A DNA stretch of 63,899 nucleotides, the filler included, from Octopus bimaculoides (lineage: Eukaryota), in NCBI RefSeq assembly GCF_001194135.2. It is 7 parts of 7 records of this genome, joined end to end, with 100 filler letters (N's around TTAATTAATTAA, not from the genome) between each part and the next. Parts side by side here need not be neighbours in the genome. Positions count along the whole stretch, not along the records: positions 1 to 26,280 come from NC_068995.1; 6 more parts are not named here. One strand, written 5' to 3'. Under the pieces are notes generated by a model. That model saw nothing but the letters and a program-made list of their open reading frames with translations, was not told the DNA's origin and did not search any database. Every line of letters starts with the position of its first letter. Within the stretch, counting starts at the first letter, position 1. Of the stretch, positions 12,363-25,710 are shown one piece after another. Both the position numbers and the translations under genes were made by a program.

Positions 12363-14600
12363 CCGCCGTTATCATCATCATTATCATCATCATCATCATT
12401 ATCATCATCATCGTCGTCGTCGTCGTCACCGCCATCATCATCATCACCGTTATCATTATCATCATCGTCGTCATCGTCGTCGTCGTCATCATCATCATCA
12501 TCATCAACAATTACAATTACAATAATAGCAGCAACATCTACTATTGCTATAGCAACAATAGAAGCAACAGTAGCAATAACAGTGACAGCAACAACGATAA
12601 CAACAACAGCAACAACAATATCAACAGCAGCATCTGCAGCAACAACAAGAAGAGCAAAAGCAGTAAAAACGCCAACAACAACAACAATAGCAACAATAGC
12701 CATTACAAAAATAACTGCAAAAACAATAGCAACAGTTATGACAGCAATAACAACAGNNNNNNNNNNNNNNNNNNNNNNNNNNNNNNNNNNNNNNNNNNNN
12801 NNNNNNNNNNNNNNNNNNNNNNNNNNNNNNNNNNNNNNNNNNNNNNNNNNNNNNNNNNNNNNNNNNNNNNNNNNNNNNNNNNNNNNNNNNNNNNNNNNNN
12901 NNNNNNNNNNNNNNNNNNNNNNNNNNNNNNNNNNNNNNNNNNNNNNNNNNNNNNNNNNNNNNNNNNNNNNNNNNNNNNNNNNNNNNNNNNNNNNNNNNNN
13001 NNNNNNNNNNNNNNNNNNNNNNNNNNNNNNNNNNNNNNNNNNNNNNNNNNNNNNNNNNNNNNNNNNNNNNNNNNNNNNNNNNNNNNNNNNNNNNNNNNNN
13101 NNNNNNNNNNNNNNNNNNNNNNNNNNNNNNNNNNNNNNNNNNNNNNNNNNNNNNNNNNNNNNNNNNNNNNNNNNNNNNNNNNNNNNNNNNNNNNNNNNNN
13201 NNNNNNNNNNNNNNNNNNNNNNNNNNNNNNNNNNNNNNNNNNNNNNNNNNNNNNNNNNNNNNNNNNNNNNNNNNNNNNNNNNNNNNNNNNNNNNNNNNNN
13301 NNNNNNNNNNNNNNNNNNNNNNNNNNNNNNNNNNNNNNNNNNNNNNNNCAACAATAGAAATAACAATAACTACAATAGCAACATCAGCAATAACTCCAGC
13401 AGCAACAACGATTGCGACAGCAATATCAACCACAATAACGGGAGCAACAATAGCAGTAGTAACAACAATTAGCAACAGAAATGAAAACAGCAGCAAAAAC
13501 AATAGCAACAGCAATGATCACTACCACCACAACAATAACAATAGCCATAACAACAATAACAATTACCACAATGCAATCAACAATAGCAACAACACGTATT
13601 GTAACAAATGACAACGGTGACAAAAGAAATATCAGCAGCGGCGGCAGTAGTAACAGTAGTAGCAGCAGGGGAAGCAGCAGCAGCAGAAGTGGTAGGAGTA
13701 ACAGCAGCAGTTGCAGCAGCAGCAGTAGCAATAGCAGCAACCACAATAGAAGCAATAATAGCAGCAGTAACAAAAATAGTAATATCACAATAGCAACATC
13801 GCAACAACAACAGCAGCAAAAACAGCAGCAACAACTGCAGCAGCTGCAGCAGTAACAATGACAGTAGTATCATAACAGCAGCCACATTGCAACAACAACA
13901 GCAACATCGCAACAATGGCAGCAGCATCGCAACAACAGCAGCAGCGTCGCAACAACAGCAGCAGCAACAGTAACTGCAGCAGCAACACTAGCAGCAGCAA
14001 CAACAGCAGCAACAACAGCAGCAACTGCAGCAGCAGCAGTAACAGCAGCAGCAGTAGTAACAACAGCAGCAGCAGTAGCAACAAAAGCAGTAGCATCACA
14101 ACAGCAGCAGCAGCAGCAGCAGCAGCACAACAGCATCAACAGCAGCAGCAATAGCAACAGTAATAGCTGCAGTTACAAAAGCAGCAGCATCACAACAGCA
14201 GCTACAACAGTCGCAGCAACAACAAAAGCAGTAGCTTGACAACAACAGCAGCAATTCAACAACAGAAACAGCAGCAACAAAAAACAGCAGCAATGCAGCA
14301 GCAGACCCAATAGCAGCAACAACAAAAACAATCGCAGCAGCAGCAAAAACAGCATCAATGCAACAGCAGCAGCAGCAACACAACAGCAACAAAAGCAACA
14401 ACAACCACAACAACAACAACCACAGCAAGAACAGCAACAGCAATCACCACCTCAACGGCAGCACCACCAGCAAGCTACACTCAACAGCAGCAACACTAAC
14501 AAATAGGAGCAGCAACAGTAATAACAATTGACGAAACCTGAACAGCAACAACAGCAGCCAGCCACCACCTCAATAGCAGCAGCAGCAGTAGAAGCAGAAG
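12110..14600 (+). repeat. Compound trinucleotide array (CAG/CAA/CAT/TAG), partly gapped
   Basis: Directly visible; source of the poly-S/T/Q/H/D ORFs in the track. Confidence 0.95.
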
Positions 14601-15050
14601 CAGTGCAACTGATGGTAGGAAAAGCAACAGCTGCCACGGGCCAGCGCGGGGAATCATCTAAGTGGTCGTACGACCTACTAGAAATAACTGCCAGGTTTCC
14701 CTCGAATCACGCTCAAAAGGACACATCCCACCTGCAGAGAACCTTAGAAGCTCCTCTGTACACCGAGAAAAGATGGAATGGTCGTGGGGCGGCATACCTA
14801 TGGTTATCGATCGTCTGGATCCAGGCTGCCAAACTACAACAACAATAGCGTATCATCATCGCCAGCATCAGCAGCAGCAGCAGCAGCAGTAGCTGCAGCA
14901 AAAGCAGTTAAGTAATAACACCACCTGCAACTGTAGCAGCAGATGTAATACGACAGATGCTGTAATGGCAGTAGTAGTTAGTTGTATAATGAGCAGTTGT
15001 AGTAGTTTCATGGGATGCATAGCTGTATTAGATCTCTCTCTATCTTTCAC

Positions 15051-15100
<50 letters not shown>

Positions 15101-15146
15101 TTATCTGTCCGTCTGTCTATCTGTCTGTCTATCAACCATCACCATT

Positions 15147-16218
15147 AATTTGTCAACCAGTAACTTTATCCATATCATTGTCATGCAATCCACCCTGTCC
15201 TTATTAACTCGCCCATGTATCGCCGTATCACATCACATAACATTGCATTACAAACTTCAGACTAACGAGATAGGTAACCTACCTCCACATAGTCTTTCAA
15301 TTTGCTAGAGATAACAGCCAAATCTCTCTTATATTACATACACTATAACTGTTTCCGGAAAAAGAAAGACATGAGCAATGTAGTCCTTGAAGGACGCGTT
15401 ACATTAATGTAGTCCAAGATACACTGAGTTCGAAAAAGAAAGAAAAAATGGAACGGGATAGTCATAGCTGGAATGTCTCTTGGTTAAAGTTCTACCCCAG
15501 TGTTTCTCAACCATTTTTTTGCCCATGGATCCTTTTCGTTCCTATTTTACTCTACTGCACCTCCGTAGACATTCGATGCATATTAAAAAAATCTTACTGC
15601 ATTTCTAGGCGTGGCTGTGTGGTAAGAAGCTTGCTTCCCAACCATATAGTTCCGGATTCAGTCCCACTGTGTGGCACCTTGGGCAAGTGTCTTCTACTAT
15701 AGCCGCAGGCCGAACAAAGCGTTGCGAGTGGATTTGGTAGACGGAAACTGAAAAGAAGCCCGTCGTGTGTGTGTGTGTGTGTGTGTGTGTATGTATATAT
15801 ATGTGTGTGTGTGTGTGTGTGTAGTTATTTATGTGTGTCATTGTGTCTGTGTTTGTCTTCCCACCATCGCTTGACAACCGATGTTGGTGTGTGTACGTCC
15901 TCGTAACTTAGCGGTTCGGCAAAAAAGAACGATAGAATAAGTACCAGGCTTACAAAAAATAAGTCCTGGGGTCGATTTTTTCGACTACAGGCGGTGTTCC
16001 AGCATGACCGCAGTCAAATAACTGAAACAAGAAAAAGGATAAAAGAATGAAAGAATAAAACATTAGGAATTGTATAAAAAGAAGTTTAAGTATTTTGCGT
16101 ATTGTGGAAGTTTGTAATCCAATGTTATGTGATGTGATATGGCGATACACGGGCGTGTTAATAAGGACAGGGTGGATTGCATGACAATGATATGGATAAA
16201 GTTACTGGTTGACCAATT
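15147..16218. repeat. 111-bp inverted repeat pair (15147-15257 and 16108-16218) flanking an ~850-bp SINE-containing spacer
   Basis: aatttgtcaaccagtaactttatccatatcattgtcatgcaatccaccctgtccttattaac...cattacaaactt and its reverse complement differ at only about 5 positions. Confidence 0.9.
15607..16057 (+). mobile_element. Full-length SINE family A (tRNA head, internal (TG)n, 3' half)
   Basis: ggcgtggctgtgtggtaagaagcttgcttccc...gcaccttgggcaagtgtcttctactatagcc...gacggaaactg, then (TG)n, then gtttgtc...cgcttgacaaccg...gaaacaag. Reference copy for the family. Confidence 0.9.
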
Positions 16219-17466
16219 TATTGCACTTAAATTTTAACAACAGAATCTTATATGGACCCCACCAAGAGTCATACAGACACCGGTTGAGAACTACTGGTCT
16301 CTCTGATGAGATTAGATGACAATAGAAATAAAGCCAGCAGCTTTTTTATATCACCGAATTTCACCTGATACCACAAACTTCTGCCGTTCTCGACCATCGA
16401 TATAACACTCCAACGCAATAACCACCCACAGATACGACTCGACGTGGGTGTCTCTATGTAATCGCTTGGACCTAACAAATCATAATTAAAAAAATTTAGA
16501 TGGAAATTGTAGCTAAATTCATTGAAACCGCAATGTCTTAAAGGACGGCAGGACACATTTTAGAATGTCGTCTGATCTATAAGCCTATGTAATCAGGGTC
16601 AGGACTGAACCGGGCCATGGCAACACAACACTGTATGGCCCATAATGATAAGTCGTACTCCTTTCTGTTATTACCCCACGATACGCAACAACGCCGAACT
16701 ACACATCGATATATTATACGTATACGATAATACATCATGGTTTATATGGTAAATCAACAACCCTTGTTTTCGTTACCGCACTACCACAGCCCACGCCACT
16801 CTATCACACATGCATACACACATACATACATACATACATACATACGTACATATATATCCACAATACTCCTCAACTCATAGACATATTAATTCTCATGTTA
16901 TTTCGCTAGTCGTAATAACACACGCACATATAGCATATCAGGATCCATAGAGATATTATTCTCGTTTACCTTTCACTGTTATCACACAGCACACTACATA
17001 CACACCCTCACTATATTTTGCATATCGCACATCCCAATATACCACGGTGCTATACGATATCCACCCACATCATGATACAGTATATCATGCACATAAGAAT
17101 ATACCACGACCCATATGATATAGCACCACACTTCCTTTCGTTATAGAGGGTACGTCGTGCAACACTACGACGTACCCTTATCCAAATAATTATATCCCAC
17201 GTCGTACAAGAATGATATCATAATACAACCACAACCGATACGATATTTCAGCCAATGCCATACGATATACGAACTAACATCATACGCTGCTATCGCGGTT
17301 CAGTTGTGGAGCTGTTATAGATACTCTTATTAGGAATCAACAGGCATTTCGTGTTTTTTTTTTTTTTTTCACTAAAAGCAGACGACAGCATGAACGCTGT
17401 GTAAATAATGTGTCAAATGATTATGGCGGATATTGTCAGTCACACTCGAGACTGTACAAGTACTAC

Positions 17467-17514
<48 letters not shown>

Positions 17515-17831
17515 CGCAAAAATCAACATCAATGAAAAGAACATTCAAAGACAGATTTAGCAGCTATGTGGTTTCTAGATTTACTAGAAATAGCTGCAAA
17601 ATCTCTCGCTTCAATCAAAACCATTGCCGTCTTACGGAAAGAAAGGACATGATGCTTCGATAATTTAGTCTTAGATGAAAACTTAGACGGGATGGTCACG
17701 GTTAGGATGCTTTGATTGTAGGTTTATTCAAGGTTGGTAAACAAATAATTTCAGTAAAGAGTGATAACATTGAGTTCCGTAGTAGGAGCGATAGCAACGG
17801 AAACAAAAGTGGCATCGGCAGCAGCAACATG

Positions 17832-17872
<41 letters not shown>

Positions 17873-18562
17873 TGCAGCAGCAGCAGCAGCAGCAGTGATC
17901 ATGAAAATAACGATAACATAACATTTAGCAGTCAATGACAACAGTGATCGCATCAATAACACTAATGACAACAACAACATTAAAAACAAGGGTGATCACG
18001 ACGATAGTGACAACAACAACAACAACAATAACAGTAACAATGTGCCAACAGGGGAACCTCTACGTAGTTGTTACATTTACTAGAAACAACAACCAAATCT
18101 TCCTCCACAGCACATTGTTATAGTGGATAACCTAACATAGAAATACTTCTAAAAAGAAAAAAGTGAAGAAAAGATGAAATAGCCACAGCTGGAACGCCTT
18201 TTATCGTATATGTCCTACATCAGGCTTGACCTGGGGTTAAACAACAACAACAACAACAATAACAGCAGCAGCAGCAAGTAGCATGTTATTCTCAGTAATG
18301 TATCACGCTTATTGTTATTGTCGTCGACAGCTCCTCAGCCACCCACGCTCCGTACATGGAAATATAGTGCAGTACCCCTAAGACAAAACAGTAACAGTTA
18401 GCCTTACACCCACTTCTCGCCTGTCTCTGGTAGCTACCACTGTTGTCAGGATGGGCACGTATGTACAGGTAATTAAACACCTACACGTGCATCTCTCGCA
18501 CGTAGATCCAGGGGCAGTTAAATAATGACTTCCACTTTCATCTGTTGCATACGTTAAGGGCA

Positions 18563-18890
18563 CGGGGCTAAGTGGTTAACGTATTCGGTTCACAATGGTA
18601 AAGTCGTGCGTTCGATTCCCGGCAGTGCGTTGTGTTCTTCAGCAACGTACTTTATTTCATGTTGCTCCTTCAGTCCACTCATCTGGCAAAAATGAGTAGT
18701 ACGTGCATTTCTACAGGGCTAGCCTTGTCACATTCCGTGTCACACTGAATCTCCCTGAAAAACTATGTTAAGGGTACGCGTGTCTGTGGAATACTCACCC
18801 ATTTGCTCGTTAATTTCACGAGCAGGCTGTTCTGTTGATCGGACCAACTGGAACCCTTGTCGTCGTCGCAACCGACGGAGAGCCAGTTAG
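18563..18890 (+). mobile_element. tRNA-derived SINE (family C variant)
   Basis: tRNA-like head (ggctaagtggtta...gttcgattcc), central ttgctcc..agtccactcatctggcaaaaatgagta, and a 3' half shared with the 5184 copy. Confidence 0.85.
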
Positions 18891-19240
18891 TTAAGTTAAA
18901 GGCGGTAAATTAGCGGAAATGCAAGAACGTCGGGACAAAATGCTGTACGACGCCCTTTGCGATCTGAGTTCAAATTTCAACGCGGTCAGCTTTGTTTTTC
19001 ATCTTTTCCGAGGTCGATAAAATAAAGTACCAGTCATATACTGGAGGTATTGGCCTTTTGTCTCAATCAGAAATAATTATGCATCTTAAATCTGTTTCTT
19101 TCAATTTCACTATCTCTCAATTTCCTTCTCTACCTCTCCACTCTCTCTCTGTCTCTGGATCTCTCTCTCTCCTGGTTTATCTTTCACCGGGTTTCTCTCT
19201 CACCGGGTCTCTTTCTGTCTATCTGTCTGACTCTGTCTGT

Positions 19241-19295
<55 letters not shown>

Positions 19296-21699
19296 AACGT
19301 TTTTCGATCCCTATTGATCGGTTTCGAAAAGTAAAATTCTACATTGTATTGTCCCCTCTGTGTTCGGCCCTGCGTGGCTAAATAAAGAAATCTATCTATC
19401 TATTCATCTATCTGTTTCCCTTGATTTCTGCTCTCATACCACGCTCCAGTCTTGCTTACAGGTGCAAAACCTGCACCCCCCCCCCACACAAATGCATACA
19501 TGCATGGTGGAAGTCAACTCGTCACCAAGTAAGACCACTTCTTCAACACAGTAAGTCCGTGCAAACGATTCGAGAGTCCAAGAAGCTCTTGTCCATGTAT
19601 TTGCTTTGTGTGGTTAAAACGTTGCACAACACTGAACCCATTTTCCGGAGCAATCAATTTTAAAGCCAGTGGCACATCAGAAGTTGAGATGACCAGACAC
19701 CAACTGCACTTCGAGCTTTTTTACGAGTTTACCTTCTCCGAGAAGGAAGTTCTAACAAGAACTAGGGGTCCTTGTCTCCTGGTGGTTTACATGCTAGTTA
19801 ACCCATAGCTGGAATCCTAAAGTTTGCTACTATTCCAGGCCAGAGTAGGCCTGGGGACAATGTTGGCTAAGAGGTGGTCCCATACTCCTTAAAACCCTGG
19901 AAAACCCATACCAGGATTCAACCTCTGGATTCAGGTTAAAGTCATACCTACAACGTACATATACACGCATACATGCACACATACCTCACAATCATATATA
20001 CTTACAGACACAGGTATATATTACANNNNNNNNNNNNNNNNNNNNNNNNNNNNNNNNNNNNNNNNNNNNNNNNNNNNNNNNNNNNNNNNNNNNNNNNNNN
20101 NNNNNNNNNNNNNNNNNNNNNNNNNNNNNNNNNNNNNNNNNNNNNNNNNNNNNNNNNNNNNNNNNNNNNNNNNNNNNNNNNNNNNNNNNNNNNNNNNNNN
20201 NNNNNNNNNNNNNNNNNNNNNNNNNNNNNNNNNNNNNNNNNNNNNNNNNNNNNNNNNNNNNNNNNNNNNNNNNNNNNNNNNNNNNNNNNNNNNNNNNNNN
20301 NNNNNNNNNNNNNNNNNNNNNNNNNNNNNNNNNNNNNNNNNNNNNNNNNNNNNNNNNNNNNNNNNNNNNNNNNNNNNNNNNNNNNNNNNNNNNNNNNNNN
20401 NNNNNNNNNNNNNNNNNNNNNNNNNNNNNNNNNNNNNNNNNNNNNNNNNNNNNNNNNNNNNNNNNNNNNNNNNNNNNNNNNNNNNNNNNNNNNNNNNNNN
20501 NNNNNNNNNNNNNNNNNNNNNNNNNNNNNNNNNNNNNNNNNNNNNNNNNNNNNNNNNNNNNNNNNNNNNNNNNNNNNNNNNNNNNNNNNNNNNNNNNNNN
20601 NNNNNNNNNNNNNNNNNNNNNNNNNNNNNNNNNNNNNNNNNNNNNNNNNNNNNNNNNNNNNNNNNNNNNNNNNNNNNNNNNNNNNNNNNNNNNNNNNNNN
20701 NNNNNNNNNNNNNNNNNNNNNNNNNNNNNNNNNNNNNNNNNNNNNNNNNNNNNNNNNNNNNNNNNNNNNNNNNNNNNNNNNNNNNNNNNNNNNNNNNNNN
20801 NNNNNNNNNNNNNNNNNNNNNNNNNNNNNNNNNNNNNNNNNNNNNNNNNNNTATCACCGCTCAACGAAAAGATCCGCGAACTTTGAAACTTTATGTAGTA
20901 GGGAAATTGAATGAAGCTGTTTTGATCCATATATATATATATCATTATAAAAATTTGTAGTTTGGAATCAGTAGTTCTTTGACTGCTATTTCTAAATTTT
21001 CAGTATGTTGGAGAACCAACTCAATTGCTAATCCCTGTATATTTATAATGATAAATAGTTTTACCGATAAAGGTTTTTTTCATACTGAACTACTTGGCAG
21101 AATTGTTAATTATTAATTCTATTATTAATTGACGATTTTCTGCCCTTATTCTTGTATATATATATATATATAAGAGAGAAAAAAAAAGAAAACGCTTTAA
21201 CGCTTTAAGTACTTTGTTATGAATAAAAGTATAAAAATGTATTTGCATTTTTATAAAATATGCTACCAGTTTCAATCGCTTTCAAAAGACGATTTACTCA
21301 TGTTGATGTAAAAGGAAAAATGAATTAAAATAGATTAGATTAATCCTTCATGATATCAGTTCTGGATGTTCACACGTTTTTTTTACAAAAAATCATATGA
21401 CGCTGGTGTTTCCTTAAGTCTTTTATAGTTGATGGGTTGTGGTGATAGCAGCAACAACATCAATAACTGGCAGTAGCAGAAGAAGCAAGAGTTGCTGTTG
21501 GTATAGCAACAGCAGGAATGTTAGTGGCTGTAGTAGTTTCTTTTTTTTTTTTTTGTCACTGTAACAAGTAATAGTAGTTGTAATGGCAACTTCAGCAACG
21601 GCTGTTGTAGGGTTGGCTGTAGTTCGTATTTAGTTATGAATGTTGTTTGTTTCTTGTTGCGTTGTTGTTGAGTTGTTTAATCACTAAATTGATATAAAG

Positions 21700-22020
21700 G
21701 GATAATTGTAAAGTTTGGTTATTTCTTACCTGCACACCTGTCTATATGTTGACTGAGTTCTATTTGCCTGCGTTTCCGTTTTTTTAATTTGCGATCTATG
21801 CTAAGTCATGCATTTTCTTAAGGATCCTCCCGTTTGTCCAGTGTAATGTTCTCCACATCGTGAGGATGTAATTACATAAATTAAGTTTTCAAATACAGAG
21901 GTTAAGTTGTTTTTAATGGTCAAGATTTGTTATTATCTGAAACGGATCTCTGATCCGTCTGTGAGATTATGCATGTATAAATACATCCTTATACGTATGT
22001 AAGGCTGCATATGCAAATCC
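21700..22020 (-). mobile_element. Penelope-like element fragment (GIY-YIG endonuclease)
   Basis: Minus-strand translation ENLIYVITSSRCGEHYTGQTGGSLRKCMT*HRSQI matches the PLE motif NxIYxIxCxxCxxxYIGQTxxxLxxRxxxH. Confidence 0.8.
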
Positions 22021-23517
22021 ACGCATGAAATATTAACGCTGTCATTTCGTTTTATGTGGGTTCTAGAACGTTGGTATTTCAGAGTGAAAAAGGACATTGA
22101 GAGGAATATCAAATGATTTAAATACCATTATGATTTTATATACATATGTATATACTCACATGCACGCACACATGTATAAATATATGCATGAGTATATATA
22201 TATATATATNNNNNNNNNNNNNNNNNNNNNNNNNNNNNNNNNNNNNNNNNNNNNNNNNNNNNNNNNNNNNNNNNNNNNNNNNNNNNNNNNNNNNNNNNNN
22301 NNNNNNNNNNNNNNNNNNNNNNNNNNNNNNNNNNNNNNNNNNNNNNNNNNNNNNNNNNNNNNNNNNNNNNNNNNNNNNNNNNNNNNNNNNNNNNNNNNNN
22401 NNNNNNNNNNNNNNNNNNNNNNNNNNNNNNNNNNNNNNNNNNNNNNNNNNNNNNNNNNNNNNNNNNNNNNNNNNNNNNNNNNNNNNNNNNNNNNNNNNNN
22501 NNNNNNNNNNNNNNNNNNNNNNNNNNNNNNNNNNNNNNNNNNNNNNNNNNNNNNNNNNNNNNNNNNNNNNNNNNNNNNNNNNNNNNNNNNNNNNNNNNNN
22601 NNNNNNNNNNNNNNNNNNNNNNNNNNNNNNNNNNNNNNNNNNNNNNNNNNNNNNNNNNNNNNNNNNNNNNNNNNNNNNNNNNNNNNNNNNNNNNNNNNNN
22701 NNNNNNNNNNNNNNNNNNNNNNNNNNNNNNNNNNNNNNNNNNNNNNNNNNNNNNNNNNNNNNNNNNNNNNNNNNNNNNNNNNNNNNNNNNNNNNNNNNNN
22801 NNNNNNNNNNNNNNNNNNNNNNNNNNNNNNNNNNNNNNNNNNNNNNNNNNNNNNNNNNNNNNNNNNNNNNNNNNNNNNNNNNNNNNNNNNNNNNNNNNNN
22901 NNNNNNNNNNNNNNNNNNNNNNNNNNCCACCACCACCACCACCACCACTGCCATTACGTTTACTATCGCTGTCACTATACCATCGCCACAACCACCAACA
23001 AACACAGTATTTACTATTGCTGTGACGGCCGTCGTCACCATCACCAACAACACCACCATTATCATTACGACAACAACAACATCAACAATCCACCCCACTG
23101 ACAGGTGTAACAACAACAACAACAACAACAATAACAACAACAACATTAGTGGCGAAAATATTGTTGTCTTCCGTAGTTTTTCTTATTCTCCCGTTGTCTT
23201 ACTATCATCATCAGTCATCATCATCATCGTCGTCGACAACTGTTGTCATCATCATCATCATCATTACCATCATAATCATCCCCACCACCACCACCACCAA
23301 CAACAACAACAACCACCTTCTCTGCAGCCGCTGCTGTCGTCGCTGTTGTTGCCTCCGCCGCTATGTTCAAAGCAGTCGGGTTTATTCCCTTGCTCCCACC
23401 TCCTCCTTCTCTCTTCTCCTCCTCCTCCTCGGCCTTCCTCCTCCACCTCTATTTCTCTCACCCTCGCTCTCTCTCCACCCTCTNNNNNNNNNNNNNNNNN
23501 NNNNNNNNNNNNNNNNN

Positions 23518-23548
<31 letters not shown>

Positions 23549-23866
23549 GCTGATATAATGACATGAAATGACAGAGGAAACTAAAATACACGGCAGAAAA
23601 TATTTTGACGGAATCCAGAGGTGGCGACGAAATAAAAATAATACCTTTTCTGATAAGCGTATTTATTGTTATTGTTGCCGTTCTTGTTGCTGCTGCTACT
23701 GTTGTTGTTAGTGGTGATGGTGTAGTGGCTGTTGTGACGGCGGCGGCGGCTGCGGCGGGGCGGCGGCGGCATCAGTGATTGTGCTACTGTATCATCCACT
23801 GCAGTTGCTGCTGGTACAGCAAGTGCTGTACGTCTTGCAACTGTTGTTTGGGTTTTTCAATTCGCT

Positions 23867-24967
23867 ATGGCGTCGCAGCAGACACAGCCAACTCTGTCGC
23901 CATCATCGACTCCCACTATGTCTCGTCAAGAAAGAAAGTCTGCTGACCCAATTATTACTAAAAACAATGTCAGTGTGCCTATCTTGGGCTCGGATGTCGG
24001 CGGTGACGAACCCCCGCGAGTCCAACTGAAAGTACAGCGCAACCCGATTTCGGAACGGGCGGCTACCGTTCCGAGGATTATGCTGAACATTGTCGACCGT
24101 AACGACGACGCTACGTCGATCGGCAACTCTAAGTCACCGACAGATCTGGGCATCCCGGCTGTGAGCCTACCGAATCTCTCTATCGAAACGGACAGCTCTG
24201 ACGACCCGTACGATGATAAAATGGAACGTACTGGCTCCCGGGACGATTCCGACCACGCACTACGACTCTACTGCTCACCACGTATGAGCCGGCGTTCAAT
24301 GAACCTGGACTTGAATCTACGCGAATCCCCAAACGACACAGGCTACTGCTGGTTATCTACTTTCGGCACTTCGAACTACCTCAGGGAAGGAAGCCGCGTA
24401 GGAAGTGCTATCTCCTTAAACAGTGACTGTACCGCGAGAAGTATCGGACTGATATCAAACGACTCGTCCGATACGACATCGTACATGGAGAGGCTCGGCG
24501 AATTAGGTGGGCTCATGACTCAGCGCTCGAATATGTTACGTCGACACCTATCCAACCCCGAACATTCACAGGAACTACCGACATGCATGAGGAGAAACTC
24601 CCGCTCTTGGTCTAATCTGAAGGACGGTCAACCGGACAGCCTTCCGGAAGCCGAAATGGAACGTAGTATGGAAGGAGAAGTTACGGACTCAGAGAAGGCG
24701 GACTTTACGGACGCGTCGAATTCGCCACACAGAACGTTACCCCTTCCACCCAGCTGCAGGATTGATGAAACGACACTACCCATCCCCCCACAACCAAGAC
24801 GATCTTTCGAGGAAGTCTACGATACAGGTTGCAGGTCGCCCCTTGTAAGGTCCCGTGTCGGGAGCAAAGCTTTGCAAGAGGGCCGCATAAAACAATGGTT
24901 ACAACAAATAAGTAAGTCAGAAGAGCAAAACGAAATCGATTTTGACGGACAGGATTATTATTCATAA
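23867..24967 (+). CDS. Uncharacterised 366-aa Ser/Asp/Arg/Pro-rich, probably disordered protein (single-exon gene or large terminal exon)
   Basis: 1101-bp stop-free ORF of non-repetitive, GC/CpG-rich sequence between microsatellite-rich flanks. Start context gctATGG. The frame stays open upstream to a TGA at 23735-23737. No domain recognised. Confidence 0.75.
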   Translation: MASQQTQPTLSPSSTPTMSRQERKSADPIITKNNVSVPILGSDVGGDEPPRVQLKVQRNPISERAATVPRIMLNIVDRNDDATSIGNSKSPTDLGIPAVSLPNLSIETDSSDDPYDDKMERTGSRDDSDHALRLYCSPRMSRRSMNLDLNLRESPNDTGYCWLSTFGTSNYLREGSRVGSAISLNSDCTARSIGLISNDSSDTTSYMERLGELGGLMTQRSNMLRRHLSNPEHSQELPTCMRRNSRSWSNLKDGQPDSLPEAEMERSMEGEVTDSEKADFTDASNSPHRTLPLPPSCRIDETTLPIPPQPRRSFEEVYDTGCRSPLVRSRVGSKALQEGRIKQWLQQISKSEEQNEIDFDGQDYYS

Positions 24968-25582
24968 AATGAAAAGAAAAGAAAAACAAACAAAAACAAA
25001 AAACAAAAAACAAAACAAAACCGAAAAGGGGAGGGTAAAACAGAAAATAACATTGTATGGATATGTGTGTATATGTATATGTATGTATATGTATATGTAT
25101 GTATATGTATGTATATACATATATGTATGTATATACATATATATATATGTATATGTGTACATATATGTGCATACATATACGCATACGTATATACATACAT
25201 ATACATATATACGTACATACATTCGTATACATCATACACACACACACACACACACACACACTCATACACACATACATATATATAAACCTTGTATTTAATT
25301 AAAAAAAAAAAAGACCTAGCAAGAACAGATTCGCCCGTGGCTAAATTTGAACTTAAAAAGAAAAAAGCAAAACAAAACAAAACACACACCAACAACACAA
25401 TAATAATAACAAATAATATAATAATAATAATGATAATGATAATAATTATAATAATAATAATAATGTGCGAACGACCGTTATATTTATTGTTTTCATGTTA
25501 AAATCGTAAAAAATTATAAAAAAATACTAACTTTGGTATTATTACACTCAATACAGGCGTCGCNNNNNNNNNNTATATATAT

Positions 25583-25628
<46 letters not shown>

Positions 25629-25674
25629 GTATATGTATATGTGTGCAAATACATGTATACGTATGCACGTATAT

Positions 25675-25710
<36 letters not shown>

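Larger units (their letters stand above)
14650..18260 (+). mobile_element. Cluster of five same-orientation copies of an (AAC)n-tailed retroposon (~14650-14840, 15290-15500, 16440-16630, 17560-17760, 18050-18260)
   Basis: Shared motifs ctagaaata(a/g)c(a/t)gccaaatct, aggaca..., gga(t)ggtca..gctggaa, and tail ggg(c/t)taaacaacaac. A minus-strand tail fragment is also at ~49440-49480. Confidence 0.65.

Noticed and set aside
14528-14848. 106-aa ORF with a non-repetitive middle
   Set aside because: The middle is a copy of the (AAC)n-tailed retroposon and the ends are triplet repeats.
10649-14900. Long ORFs rich in poly-Ser/Thr/Gln/His/Asp or HT/CV/YI dipeptides (also 5943-6334, 24705-26594, 36691-37099, 40650-41449, 62970-63845)
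   Set aside because: Translations of di- and trinucleotide microsatellites and N gaps; no coding complexity or splice support.
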